Assembly (NCBI GenBank): GCA_951406725.2
Contig: OX597817.1
Coordinates: 82,398,001 to 82,462,000, forward strand
Direction: 5' to 3'
DNA from: Octopus vulgaris
Lineage: Eukaryota
Length of the DNA: 64,000 nucleotides
Shown here: one piece after another, positions 42,815 to 57,069 of the stretch
How the letters are laid out: each line of letters starts with the position of its first letter
Numbering within the stretch: position 1 is the first letter of the stretch
Program-made: the position numbers and the translations under genes
The notes under the pieces: model-generated
The model's database searches: none
What the model was told of the DNA's origin: nothing
What the model saw: the letters and a program-made list of their open reading frames with translations, nothing else

Positions 42815-43391
42815 TATTGCCACATTTTGCGTACCAACTTCGTAAATATTTTTTAAAATGACATTTATAACATTTAACCTTTAAACAAGATTAAACTCCC
42901 GAATATTATAGAATGTTTCGTGTTTCGATAAAAGAAATGTACGAGTAGTTATCAAGAATTTCTATTTAGAATTTTAATAGTAATTTTACACATTTTTATA
43001 TAGAATTTTAAAAATTATTTTCGTGTCGCAAATAGCTTCATGCTATGGCATCACTCAAGAGACACTGTCTTAAGAAATAAAAGTATTCTAGTACTTATCT
43101 CAGTGTTTCCTTTCCTATTATTTTATTTTATTTATTTATTATTATTTTATAACAAAATATTGCCTATGACATATTTCATCTCCAGTTTAATATATGTATA
43201 GTTTACATTAGAGTGCTAAAGTTCATAAGAAGTAAAGAGACTGTAGCGGATACTTCACGGTGTTAAAGAAGCTATTGGGTCTACGTGAGAAGAACAGGGA
43301 TTTTAGTAGAAGCATAAAAAAACAATGATTCTGAGTTCCTAGCAATTAGCTTTTTAAGTAATTTTCACGGCGTTTCATTGTGTTAATATAG

Positions 43392-43561
43392 ATGCGCAAG
43401 CTATTCACACGTGCCATCAAAGTGTACTATGAAACCAGATCCACTAGATTCTAAGTGCTGCAAATTTCCACAATGCGGAGATAATACAACCGTACCAAGT
43501 GGATTCCGAGGTTCAAAGAATGGATTTGGAAGAAGTAATGTGCCCACAACTATTTATAAAG
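43392..43561 (+). CDS. Exon K: VWC4 C-half plus linker (CASYSHVPSKCTMKPDPLDSKCCKFPQCGDNTTVPSGFRGSKNGFGRSNVPTTIYK)
   Basis: aatatag| acceptor, AAAG|gtatat donor. Confidence 0.9.
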
Positions 43562-44350
43562 GTATATTTTATTTATCTTTATTTCCATATTTTACACATA
43601 AAATTTACTCATAAATCATTCCTGTTTATCATCCGCATCTTTGGAATTTTAATCTACTATAATTCATGGCATACATGCAGAACAGCGAGAATCCAATCGA
43701 TAAATATAGCGTATTTACCCATTTTTAGTAAGTTCCGGCTGATTCGAACATGAATAACTGATCGCTGTTGTTTTTCGTCAGCAGAGAACACCTCCACTCT
43801 TTGTAAGTTATGTGTTCACTGTACACGCGATTAACCAGTGTAAGGGGATTTAAAGACATTGCAGTGTTTCGGCGTAGTTGTGTGTCTTCTCAGTCAAAGA
43901 TATTCTGCCGGACCAATGAATTTAATAAGAGCACAGGTTACTTATCTTTAAAAACCGGAAGACCGATAATATCTTATGAGATGCACGCAAAATAGTGGGA
44001 ATCCAAACAATTAGTTAGTGCCAGAGAGGGATAACAATGAATAAAAACAATTGTATTGTATAATGCAGCACATGCATATTAATACAAAAATGTAAGCATA
44101 ATTTCTTCCTCACTAAACTTATTACTACATCAAGAAATGCTGCGAAACGGCCGCATTTTTCTGCAATGTCAAGAAGTTAAATAAATATATTCACCTCTCA
44201 TACATCCTAAGTTTTAATGGTTCATATACTCCTCGTTAGATAATATCATCTTCTGGATTTCGACTATATGGACACTCTACATTACATTTCTCTGAATCAG
44301 ATTACTAAGTTAGTCGATTCCATTAGAGGATTCTCTGAATCCATATCTAA

Positions 44351-44400
<50 letters not shown>

Positions 44401-44561
44401 CTTACTTGTAAATTGATGCGTGGCATTCAATTAAATAGTATATAGTATATATACATACATAATTTAAAAAAAAAAAACAAGAAAAACAGACAAGAAAAGC
44501 AACAACTCGAGGACGTGGTACATGCAAAGTATTAATAAGACGCTCATAGAAGGATAGAAAG

Positions 44562-44609
<48 letters not shown>

Positions 44610-44737
44610 TATATACACCTATATATACACACAGACGCATATACATATATATATATATATATATATACCTATATACACACACAGAAGCACCTCCACACAC
44701 ATATATCTATCTATCTATCTATCTATTTATCTATCTA

Positions 44738-44778
<41 letters not shown>

Positions 44779-44878
44779 GATATTTAATATAATTTAAGAC
44801 CCTTGTGTTTGCTTATATTTGGTTGGTGAGTGCCTGGAACGTCTCCTGTAGCTAATATATTTCGTTTTATTGCTCAAG

Positions 44879-44993
44879 GTGTCTGCATGTACAATTCAAA
44901 GGTCTACAAACAAGGAGAGACATGGGAAGACGGCTGTGATTACACATGTGAATGTATTGATGCCAGCAAAAACCAATTTCGATGTCGTCCAAG
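44879..44993 (+). CDS. Exon L: VWC5 N-half (VCMYNSKVYKQGETWEDGCDYTCECIDASKNQFRCRP)
   Basis: tgctcaag| acceptor, AG|gtaagc donor. Confidence 0.9.
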
Positions 44994-45137
44994 GTAAGCC
45001 TGCTTTTAATATGCATGCACGCACACATGTATATACATACATATATGCACATGTGTGTGTGTGTATGTTTGCATAGATCTACACGCATTGAGACACAGAT
45101 ATATATGTATCTATCTTTCCTTCCCTTTGTCTGTCTA

Positions 45138-45177
<40 letters not shown>

Positions 45178-46354
45178 CCTCACTCTGTATATATATATAT
45201 ATAATTGTGTGTGCATGTATATATGTTCATACATACATATCTGTGTGTGTGTGTGTGTGTAGTTGCATATATTTATGTATTTCTATTTGCATTACGTAAA
45301 TTTACGTATCTTGTGTAAAATTAATTTTTGTTTTAAATTCCAAGTTAAAGAAAGATAATTAGTTTTCTTTCGATTCAAATTTAGCCTACGGGATATTCTT
45401 TAACTAACAAATATCTTCAATTTTGTTTTCTTTTCATTGAAAAATGTTCCAAAAAATTCACCATATCGAAGAACAATGATTTTTTTTCTTTGTGATGAAA
45501 AACATATTAAATAACTAATGTGGCAGGAATGGAAATTCTACACAGAAATTTCAGCTAAACTGAACTGAAATTATACTCTACAGTCATATATAATTCATTC
45601 TAATTTTGTCTCGAGGCCAGCAATTGACACCAGTGCTAAACAAGCAATCGACCCCCATTGCATGAAAGTCGAACTCGGCAGTATTTTGACCTAGAAGAGA
45701 AATTGACAGAAGAAATGTTGCTAAGCATTTAGCCTGGCGTGGTAAGAATTCTAACAGATCGCCGCAGCTTCACATCGTTATATGCAATTCTTTCTGCACT
45801 ATGGAACAATGCCTGAAAATTTGGAGGAAGAGATTAAGTCAACCCCAATTAAATAATAGGCAAGATCGACCGCTGCAGAATTTGAACTCTGGGCATAAAG
45901 ACGAAATACCGCTAAATACTTTGCCCGGCGTGCCCACGATTTTGCCCGCTCGTCGCCTTTACATTCTTATATAATGGTTTGAAATTTTGGAAGAATGCCA
46001 GCAGTTTTGGAGGGGAAGGGGAATTAAATTACATCGACCCTAATATTTGACTGGTACTTATTATATCGACCCCGGAAGGGTGAAAGGCAAAGTTGACCTC
46101 AGTGGAATAGGAACTCAGAACGTAAAGGCCGACGACATACCTCTAAGCATATTTCGCTGACGTGCCAACGATTCTGTCAGCTCCTCATCATATATCAATA
46201 TATACTGACGATTGGAATCGTGACCTCTAGTATGAAAGTTCATATGGATACGAACAAGAGAAGAATTTTTGTTACTAAATTACATTGAATAATGGTTAAC
46301 ATGTGGTTAACATGATTGAACGACAAAGACATTTTTCTTTTTATGTTATATATG

Positions 46355-46388
<34 letters not shown>

Positions 46389-47662
46389 TTAAGTGTGTGA
46401 ATGCGCGTGTACACACACACGCACACACGCACATATATATTTATGATATATATGTACATTTATTTTTAAAGCTGTGTGTGCACATATACGTCTCTATGTA
46501 TGTATACATGTATTTATATAAGTATAAAATTATATATATGTGAGTGCATGCTTATTTCTATTTACCTCCTTCAATCACATCCCTCTCTCTCTATCTATAT
46601 ACAAATGCATATCTGTATGTATACATATTTATGAATATATACATGCACACATATATATGTTTATTTATACACACAAATGTTTATAGTTATAAATTTACAA
46701 ATAAATATAGTAACTTGTATATACATGTATATACATAAATGTGCATATCTATACAAACATAAATGCACACACACACATACACACACACATATACACTCAC
46801 ACATACACACACACAGAAACACTATTTTTTAAACATCTTGCATTGTCTAAAATATATAAAAAAACATGTTTTGCTTCTTACTTGAATATAATTTTTTTTA
46901 ATTTGATCAAGACTGCTGATAGAATAACAGAAATCTACAATTTTATATTTTCTCATACGCACAAATTTAAGTGGCATTCTGCCTTTCTCTGACTCCCTTG
47001 TTTGCACTTGTGTGTTCGAGGTAGTTGTGAGTTCTTGGTAGGGTAGTAGAGGGAAGGCTGGTGAGGAAAGGGGGTGGGAGAATCTGGGAGTGCCCTGATG
47101 GTCGTATTTTGAATGGTCAGTGGCGGCTGGCAGTCTCAGTTCAATTCAGGAGAATATTTATATTGACAGGCTTGTTTATAGAATTAGCGTAGGTGTTATA
47201 CTAAAAAACATTAGTGACAAACTTAAGGGGTAGGGGGTGGAGAAGAAGAAGAAGAAGAAGAAGAAGAAGAAGAAGGAGAAGGAGAAGGAGAAGATGATGG
47301 TGATGGTGGTGATGATTATGACGACGATGATGATGATAACGATGATGATGAAGAAGAAGAAGAAGAAGAAGAAGAAGAAGAAGGAGGAGAAGGAGAAGAT
47401 GGTGGTGATGATGGTGGCGATGATGATGACGCCGATGATGATGATAACGTTGATGATGAAACAGGTTAAAGAATAAAAGAATATATATAAGCATAGTAAA
47501 ATAATACATTTTACTAAATATTTTCTCTCCTTTTTTACAGCTACTGATTCTCTCTCACAATCTCCTTACAATTCTCCCTTTACTTTTCTTTTAATGAAAG
47601 ACTATTGCCCGAAATGTAAAAGCGCATTTCCTTTGATATACATACATACATACATACATACA

Positions 47663-48012
<350 letters not shown>

Positions 48013-48074
48013 CGCCCCACCACCGTACAGGTCTCCACGACAGATTTAGAAATTCAATATTTCTTATATATATA

Positions 48075-48201
<127 letters not shown>

Positions 48202-49090
48202 CACATAAATATATATACCCACCGCCACACATATATATATACGCATAACATTTATTCGAGTGCATTGGTTATTTTTTTTATTAAACACCTAACAAGATTG
48301 AATAGAATTAAGAGAATAGGCGTTCGATCAAAGACCACCTTGTCTTATTGTATAGTAAAAAAAAAAACTACGTAGTTCAATGTGTGCTTTGGGTGAGGAT
48401 TAGTAGTTATATCTAGCTCATCGAGAGATCGCGAAGAATTGTGGTAATGTGTGAAAAGCATGATAAATTAGAATGGCAGTTGGCTTTTTCATTGGCAATG
48501 CTTTTCCCTATATATACGTATAACTGTTATTCTTTCCCAAATAAACTGCACTTCATATTCAAGGGTCCGATGAAGTTATAAGGTGTTATTCAAGCACTCA
48601 ACTATGAAACTTCTGCATCTGATAGCAGAATCAGTTCTCAGCTAATGAAGTTCATAAGATAATCGTTATTCCTTTGTTAGCATTTCCTTATATATATATA
48701 TATATATCTCACACACACACACACACCTATACATACCAATACGTACTAATACATACTAATACATACTAATACATACACCAACCCCATACATACGCACGTC
48801 CAGACCAATCTTACGCACTAATACTCTCTCATACACACACACACACACACACACCCTTATACATACTAATACATACACCAACCCTATACATATACACATC
48901 CAGACCCCTCCCACGCACTTTTAGCTGGTCCCTCAACCCTTTTATCAACCCTATTATCTCCCCTTATTTCGCTCTCGCGTCTCATGTTTGATCTTTGACC
49001 TCTGGCCGAAATCAGATCGCCATGTTGATTCGTTAGCTACTGCACGCATTTTTTTCTCTCCTTCTTTCTGTGTTTTTCTCTCTCTGTGTA

Positions 49091-49128
49091 TCTTTCTGTT
49101 GAAGAGCGTAGGCTAGAAACGTTAAAGA
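49091..49128 (+). ncRNA. Degenerate minimal hammerhead-like motif
   Basis: tcttt-CTGTTGA-a-gagc gtag gcta-GAAAC-GTT-aaaga; core A6 changed to T and stem II mismatched. Confidence 0.45.
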
Positions 49129-49264
49129 CTTGTTTTATTTATATTTCCTGAGCGCCATACTAATACAATTGTTCGTTTGTTTTCCACCTGCCTTCGTATT
49201 TTGTTTATTTTCATAAAGCTTCCCGTTATATATATATATATATGCATGTATGTATATATATATA

Positions 49265-50035
49265 TATGCATGCGTATGCGAAGACGAATGGAGGCATAAC
49301 TTCGCCAACACCAGTGATCACTCCTAACACCATGATGTTGACTGGATGTTTGATTTTTATCACTTTCGGTACATGTTTTGGAGACACGGCAAGCCAACGG
49401 TTATTCTGTGTGTCTAGCATCTCAACCTGGCAGAGATTTTTCTCGTCTGAGAAAAACCAAAGCATGTTCGGTTGGAGGGAATGCTTGAATTTGTTCAAAG
49501 CCTTCGTAGTGCAGTCTTTTCTCTTGTCTTTGATGACTTGGGATAAAAATTGGCCCTCTCTCATCTTGTATGATGAATATCAAATGACTTCATGCATTAC
49601 CTGCCTGATGAGAAACTCAGACACTCCCATATCCCGAGCGAGGGACTTGATTGACTTGGAGGGATCATTATCAATCATGGCTCAGATCTTACCAACAAAT
49701 TCAGGATTTCTTTTCTTATCAGAACAATCAGAGTGAATTTTCCGAGTTGCCGTACCTTCGTAATCACCGATACACTCATCCACCACTTTTCGAATCATCT
49801 GCTCAGATTGACACTCAAACACTCTGAGATATTCGTATTGGAGCTTCCGGCGCGAATGCGTAGTAGTACAGCATGTCGTTTCCAAATTTCTGATAGAGTG
49901 AATTGCGTCATGGTGCTGTTTTTCTTACAGACGGTGCCCAACTGACCCTACTATACTGTGTAGTCAACAAGAACAAACAATGCACATGCGCGAGATTATA
50001 GATATAAAATTGCTAGAATTTACACATTACTCTGT
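49265..50035 (-). mobile_element. maT-like transposase relic (same family as 59187-60241)
   Basis: WFFSDEKN...NNRWLA..PK.VPKV.K.KHPVNIMVLGVIT..GEVMPPFVF. Confidence 0.85.
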
Positions 50036-50359
50036 GTGTGCGTGTATATATATATATGAAAGTAAATTTCCAATTTCCAAAAATGGTAAGGGGGATATAT
50101 AATACTAGAAGGTATCGTGTTCGCTCTTATCGGTTAACAATGCTGGCTAACCTTAGTGAATGTAGATAAACTCCAATTAGTTAAATTTCATGTACTCGAT
50201 TAATCCTCACTTTGGTAAATCCGAATGTATTCATAAAGACTGCATAGAGTCGACAGAGAAAAAAAGCAATAAATTAATAAAGATTAAGAGAAGAGAGATT
50301 TCCACATCCAAGGTTTACAAGATTTCCACAAGACCCAAGATTTCTACATCTTTCATTGT

Positions 50360-50450
50360 CAGTACCCACGCACGTTTCCGCTGCAAGAAAGTACACATTA
50401 TAAAGATTGCCTCTTGGTGTTAATTACCGCTGCAGCTTCATCAGGGTCTG
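50360..50450 (-). ncRNA. Hammerhead-like motif with long stem II loop
   Basis: cagacc-CTGATGA-a-gctgca...tgcagc-g-GAAAC-gtgc-GT-g-ggtactg; cleavage triplet is non-canonical GUG. Confidence 0.5.
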
Positions 50451-50504
50451 ATTCTACTGTTTGTTAGATATCATCTGAATAGAGTATAAGCTCAACCAAA
50501 ATTA

Positions 50505-50737
50505 AGGGCGGCGAGCTGGCAGAAACGTTAGCACACCGGGCAAAATGCGTAGCCGTATTTCGTCTGCAGTTACGTCCTGAGCTCAAATTCCGCCGAGGTC
50601 GACTTTGCCTTTCATCCTTTCGGGGTCGATAAATTAACTACCAGTTACGCACTGGGGTCGATGTAATTGACTTAATCCGTTTGTCTGTCCTTGTTTGTCC
50701 CCTCTGTTTTTAGCCCCTTGTGTGTAGTAAAGAAATA
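50505..50737 (+). mobile_element. Full-length SINE family A with 20-bp TSD
   Basis: tataagctc(a/t)accaaaatta at 50485-50504 and 50738-50757. Confidence 0.9.
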
Positions 50738-51052
50738 TATAAGCTCTACCAAAATTATTCTCTTGGGTGCTGTTAGCGTTGCTAAAACTACTCGTATATC
50801 TCTTGATCTTTTTGCCCTGACCAGGAATGAAATTTTTGTTATCTACTGTTTTAAAAAGGGTCAATACTCGCGAATATTTTTAAGTTTCTTAATTCCTATT
50901 CTAGCACCACTATTCCATCAGTGTAGAATATATTCTTCAACAGTGTAGAATATATTCTTCAAATATATCAAGTTATTTCTTAGTTTGTTGATGTTATACA
51001 CAGACACTGACAGACACACACACACATGCATAATATATATATATATATAAAA

Positions 51053-51466
51053 TGAAGTATTTTCCCACTTAAATGTGGCTAACCCCTAAGAGTGGATGCT
51101 ACTGTAGCTTGTAGCCCCAGGAGGACACGTCTTCCAGCTGACTGTTGACATACTTTCTGTGCCCTATCAGCATTTCCGTCTTCAACCTATGATACACACG
51201 GACTCGAGTTTCTGGGTATTGACCCGTCATCAGCGTGTGACAATCACTGGCTGTCGATGAAAAGTAGGCCTCCCTTTGCAAGTATATATCCTTTTTATAT
51301 ATCCATAGGTTGAAGACGGAAAGGATGGCGTCCCTTTGCAAATACTGATAGGGCACAGAAAGTGTGTCAATAGCCAGCTGGAGGCGGTGTCCTCCTGGGC
51401 TACAAGCTACAGTAGCATCCATCCATCCTTAGGGGTTAGCCACATTTAAGTGGCAAAAATACTTCA
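51053..51466. mobile_element. Foldback element with ~140-bp inverted arms
   Basis: tgaagtattt..ccacttaaatgtggctaacccctaag / cttaggggttagccacatttaagtgg..aaatacttca. Confidence 0.85.
51195..51239 (-). ncRNA. Minimal type I hammerhead ribozyme
   Basis: CACACG-CUGAUGA-C-GGGU caau ACCC-A-GAAAC-UCGA-GUC-CGUGUG: perfect 6-bp stem I, 4-bp stem II, palindromic stem III, GUC triplet. Confidence 0.8.
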
Positions 51467-51528
51467 CGATGTGTTGCAGCTACTGTTTATACCTCGCTCA
51501 GAGATTTATCATATATATATATATATAT

Positions 51529-51594
<66 letters not shown>

Positions 51595-51595
<1 letters not shown>

Positions 51596-52263
51596 AGTAC
51601 TAGTAATGTAAACATTATCGATCGTACATACTCCATGTATGTATTTTCTGTTCGTCGGATTCGCTTCGGAATATCGTTTAGGGACGACTCCCTTAAAACG
51701 CTAGACTCCCTTAAAACGTCTGAAATATCGGTATCCATCACTCCTGAATTCGATTGAGGCATGTAATCTCGACTGTCTATGATTTTCGGATGTTTCAACA
51801 CCAAGAGTTATAAGGAGGTCGTTCCCAAGTGCTATTTCTCAGTGAATTCGGTAAACAATGAGAACACATAAATTGAGTATGTGTGATCGTTAATGTTTAC
51901 AACACTAGTGCTGCTTTTGATTCGTTATTGAATTTAATCTTATATGTGCATCGCTATGGCACATCATCGAATTGTTTTTACACTATTTATAATATAGTCA
52001 TACACCGGCCCTTCGATTCGACCTAGGTTCGATTAAGCAAACTGATGTTGATATGCCGCAAAACTTGCGAAATATCGGTACCCATCACTCTTTAATTCGA
52101 CCTGAGGCGCGTTGTCTCGCATGTCTATAACTTTGAGGTGTTTTAACGCCCAGCCTTACAAGGAAGTCATCCCCAAGCGCTATGCTGCACTGAACCCGGC
52201 GAACAATCAAAATAAATACATTGAGCATGAGCGATCGATAATGTTCACACTACTATCGCTGCT
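51595..52263. mobile_element. Old MITE-like element (51595-51915) plus a diverged partial second copy (52070-52263)
   Basis: gaaatatcggta(t/c)ccatcactc unit occurs twice; gcagtactagtaatgtaaacattatcgatc is the inverse of both 3' ends. Confidence 0.6.
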
Positions 52264-53114
52264 TTCATGTTTTCAATTCGTTATTGAATATATATATATA
52301 TATATTTTCATTAATTAACACTTCCATTATCTCAACAACAATTGTTTTAATATATATATGCCTTCACTTTCTCCTTTTCTCTTTCACCCAAATCTATTTC
52401 TAGCCTGTCCATTTCCTCTTTTTTTTCTTTCTCTTTCGCGCTCTCACTTGTATTTCTAGCCTTTCTCCTTCTCCTTTACCTTTTCATTTCTTCCCTTATT
52501 TTCTCTCTATTTTCTCTTTGTCACTGTTTCTCCAATTTCCTCTACCTGCTGCTGACACCTGGCCCGAGGCCAGCTTTCGTTCGTTCACTATCTTTTTCAC
52601 ACCGGCCGCCCTGCCATTCGGTCGCAAAAAATTTCTGTCTTGCTTTTTCCATGTCCTTTAAGATTTCTTCTAAGCATTACCCATCATTCTTGTCTTTTTA
52701 GCCCAAAGGCCGTACTTTGCTTTTTTTCTACTTATTTCGTCTTTCGTCCATCGTCTTGAATTATACTTTTTAACTTTCGTATGTCCATTCTGTGTTGATT
52801 TGTTTGTTTGAGGCCCGACATTCTCTGTCACTTTCACAGGCTCCACCAATATAGGAAGTTCTCAGTCTTATCATTAGCGGTGCGAAACTGAGTATCACCA
52901 TTTTGGTTCATAACTGATGAAGAATTAGGGACCTTCCATGTCTGTCTCCCGTCTGATTGTATCCTCAATATATGTATATTGTTTATTCACAATGCATTTT
53001 TCATTTATATACGTCTATTTGGATGTTTTTATATCCCATTTTTGTATCACTTAGCTGTCTGGATGTTTTGCGTTCTTGTCTCATTTTGCATTATATATAC
53101 ACACACATACATAT

Positions 53115-53181
<67 letters not shown>

Positions 53182-54129
53182 ATAAAGTGTCATATGATGG
53201 TTAAGTTTGGAAGTCTAATTTTACCATCATAAGTAATATCAGAAATTATAGCTTACATGTAATAACTATAATTTACCTTTTATCTAATTTCTTGGTGCTT
53301 ATACAAAATGAAAGTATTTTATACAAATTTATCATTTGTATAATTCCTCCCATAACATCTACGTCATTTACCTCCTCCCCCAGCTCCTCGTCTGTCTGTA
53401 CCATTCTTTCTCCCTCACTGTATGTGTGCGTGTGTATGATTTGAAATATATGATTTGAAGAGGATTTTTGGCTATTATTTCTAATAGGTCAAATGGTCAT
53501 TGACGCACGATCATTGACTCTTACTAAAATGGGTTCCTACTGTTGACATTTAGTTCCTATTCAACACTAGTCGAACAAATTTAGAATTCATAGACACTCC
53601 TCTTGACGATTTCGTCCATCCTTTTATATATTTTTATATATTTAAGATATTTTCCAACGTGCCTTTCCTTTTTAAGACATTCGCCACGCAGAGGCTCTCT
53701 CTCAGCAGTAGCAGTAGTAATAGTGGGTTTGCGACAGCATTAGAAGAACTAAATTTCAAGCGGTGGTGTTAAACTGGGCAATAGATTAAGTTTGTTACAC
53801 CACAATAAATACATTCCTTTCAGCAGGCTTCCACATAGTTTTGGTTAACATAATTTCATTTACATGACTTCGGTCGACTTACAGTTTTGATACCATATTG
53901 TACGACCGAACCTAGAACTACGTTATTGCGAAATGAACTTCTTAATAGCATTGTTATTTATGTAGTGTAATAATCTCAGTTCTCTCAATGGGCAATTAAT
54001 ACACCTCAGATCTTCAATAAATTTCAATATTCTTGCGTACATAATAAAAAAAAATATGGAAAATAATTCCTTATATACTACATACAGGACTTCGTCAAAA
54101 TAATTGAAATATCTTAAAATTACAAACAA

Positions 54130-54490
54130 ATTTATTTTAATATGGCGTAGGACCATATGGCAGTAATTACGGTTTGAATTCTACGAGCTATGGACTCGTT
54201 CAAAGTTTGAATTCTTTCCAAAGGAATATTTGTCCATTCTTCAGCTAAAACAGTCTACAGTTCTTGTAGTGATGATGGTGGAGGATATCGACTTCTAACT
54301 AATGTTCAATATTATTGAGATCTGGGGACTGTTTTGACCAGATAATATGTTCAAATTCACTACAATGTTCCTTGTGCCATTCAGTAACAACTTTAGCTGG
54401 GTGAATTGGTGCATTATCATCCTAGAAGATTGTGCTTCCCTCCGAAATAGTTCCGCAACCATAGGATGAATTTGATCAGATGAAATGCTT
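54130..54490 (-). mobile_element. Tc1-like transposase C-terminal relic with D36E spacing
   Basis: [42 protein letters not shown]. Confidence 0.8.
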
Positions 54491-54496
54491 CTTTAA

Positions 54497-54563
<67 letters not shown>

Positions 54564-54847
54564 TGTATGTATGTATGTATGTATGTATGTATATTCATGT
54601 ATATCGTTGTTATTATGCAAAAGTGTCGTAAGTCCATAACGCTTCTTTTTCAGCACCATTCCATAGCAAAACCGTGGCACTACACTTTGACAATTTTTGA
54701 TATCTTGGCACCTGAAGCAGCTGGAGATACGATAGTTTGATCCAAAGAACCGGGTATTGTAAGCAAAGATAAATATTGAAATAAAGACGCATTTGAGCAG
54801 ATTTTGGACATACGACAGTTTAACATAATAGCAACAATATATGCGTG

Positions 54848-54912
<65 letters not shown>

Positions 54913-54925
54913 CATATATATATAT

Positions 54926-54980
<55 letters not shown>

Positions 54981-55974
54981 CTATATATGTGTCTGTGTGT
55001 CTCTGCGTGTGTGTATGTATGACGGCTTGCACACAGATTCCATTTATCCAGTTCACTCCGGTAGGTGCAGGCCTGTAATAGAAGACACTTGCTCAAGGCA
55101 TTAGGTTGAACGTGAAACCACGTCGTTGCAAAGCGAACTCCTTACCCACAGACATGCTTGCTCCTATAAATGTTAAGTTGACGTGGGTGGGATTAGAAAG
55201 TATATGATGGAACTCGAAATAATTAACAGTCCGCCGCATTAACCACTCGGCCACCTTGTGTGATGTGTGTATAAGTGTGTGTATAAATGTGTGTGTATAA
55301 GTGTGTATATAAATGTGTTATGTGTGTGTGTGTGTGTGTGGTGTAAAATATGCTGATACTTATAGGTGGAACAGTCGTCTGCAGCAGTATAATACTGACG
55401 CATATATAATTACTAAACGAATGAATAAAATTCAAATTAAGTAGATAGAATATGCACTTAATTCTTCAATAACAGAATGTTACAAGAAAATGCCTTATGG
55501 CATTTTAAAGATAGATATATAAATTGTAAATACTGTATTTATAATTCCTCGTGAAGCCCAAGAAACATTAATAGCATTAAACACACATATATATGTATTC
55601 GAAGATACAGACGAATATTGAATAGACGCTAATGCCTTCCTAATGATAATAGATATTAGATTATCAAGAAAGAACATTAATATAGTCTCAAAAATTTTAA
55701 ATAATCTAAATTCGCATAAAATAATAAATATAATTGACATTATAGGCTACTAGCCTCACGATAAATTAAATAAACTCTTCAACGAAATAGATGGTGATCT
55801 AACAGATAGAATAATAAATGATACTGAAGCTAAATCGTTTAGGAAAATTTTAGTGAAATTGTCAAGCGATCAAATATCTAATTGGAAGTACAAATTTTTA
55901 AATGAGGCTTCATTATGAAACGAAATAAGGAAGATTAATTGAAATATTAAAACGGATTATATATGTTTAAATAT

Positions 55975-56265
55975 AGTTCTATATTTAATGGATGAGGAAT
56001 TATGTACATTATTTACATGTGACTGATATTTGTCCTCATCTTGTTTGTTGTTAACACGACGTTTCGGCTGATATACCTTCCAGCCTTCATCAGATGTCTT
56101 GGGGAAATTTCGAACCTGGGTTCTCATTTCTAAGGAACTCAGAATCTTGGGGTTAGTAACCCGCGCCCTTAACCACCACGTCATATGCCCATGGGCAATT
56201 ATGGAGTGAATTTTAGGGCTTATAAATAAAATATTTGCCTATCCTTCCTTAATACCGTTTCCCAT
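55975..56265 (-). mobile_element. tRNA-headed hammerhead-bearing element, copy 1 (hammerhead 56053-56098)
   Basis: Head gggcatatgacgtggtggttaagggcgcggg; gacat-CTGATGA-a-ggctg..cagcc-GAAAC-GTC-gtgtt. Confidence 0.75.
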
Positions 56266-56477
56266 TTCTTTATTACCCACAGAGGGCACAAACAAGGACA
56301 GACATAGGTATTAAGTCGATTACATCGACCCCAGTGCGTAAGTGGTACTTAATTTATTGACCCCGAAAGGATGAAAGGCAAAGTCGACCTCGGCGGAATT
56401 TGAACTCACAACGTAACACAGACGAAATACGCTAAGCATTTCGCCCGGCGTGCTAACGTTTCTGCCAGCTCGTCGCC
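56266..56477 (-). mobile_element. SINE family A with 17-bp TSD
   Basis: ttaataccgtttcccat at 56249-56265 and 56478-56494. Confidence 0.9.
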
Positions 56478-56749
56478 TTAATACCGTTTCCCATATGCTA
56501 TTCATAGTTACGCTCTTTGGACTGCTTAGGAGGTTGCTGTGTCCTAACATACGTGCTGCTTCTTTTAGTTACGCACTGGGGTCGATATAATCGACTTAAT
56601 CCGTTTGTCTGTCCTTGTTTGTCCTCTCTGTGTTTAGCCCCTTATGGGTAATAAATAAGTAATCTCTTCTATGGGTGGTTTTACTCGAAGGAGATATTTC
56701 CGAAGTGTTGTATTGCTCTTGAATACCGAGTGCAGATATAAGTAGCATA

Positions 56750-56912
56750 TTGGAACCGGTATTAAGGAAGAATAGGAAAATATTAGATTTATATGCCCTA
56801 AAATTCACTTGATAACTGCCCACGGGCATATGGCGTAGTGGTTAAGGGCGCGGCCTTCTAAACCTCCCCAAGACACCTGATGAATGCTGGAGAGTATATC
56901 AGCCGAAACGTT
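56750..56912 (+). mobile_element. tRNA-headed hammerhead-bearing element, copy 2 (inverted relative to copy 1)
   Basis: Shares the upstream ggtattaaggaag..gccctaaaattcact flank; gacac-CTGATGA..cagcc-GAAACGTT then runs into (TA)n. Confidence 0.7.
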
Positions 56913-57069
56913 ATATATATATACATGTATATATATATATTATATATATGTTATATATATGTATATATATACTTATACACACACATATATAATAGATTAT
57001 CGACTTGTTTGCTTGTTCAACGATACGCTGCAGTTTACAGGCAGACAAGCCAAGTGCATATGCTGAGTA

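Noticed and set aside
47521-47600. Strong acceptor-like ttttttacag at 47540 as an extra exon
   Set aside because: No matching donor or Cys-module sequence follows, and exons L and M already join in phase.
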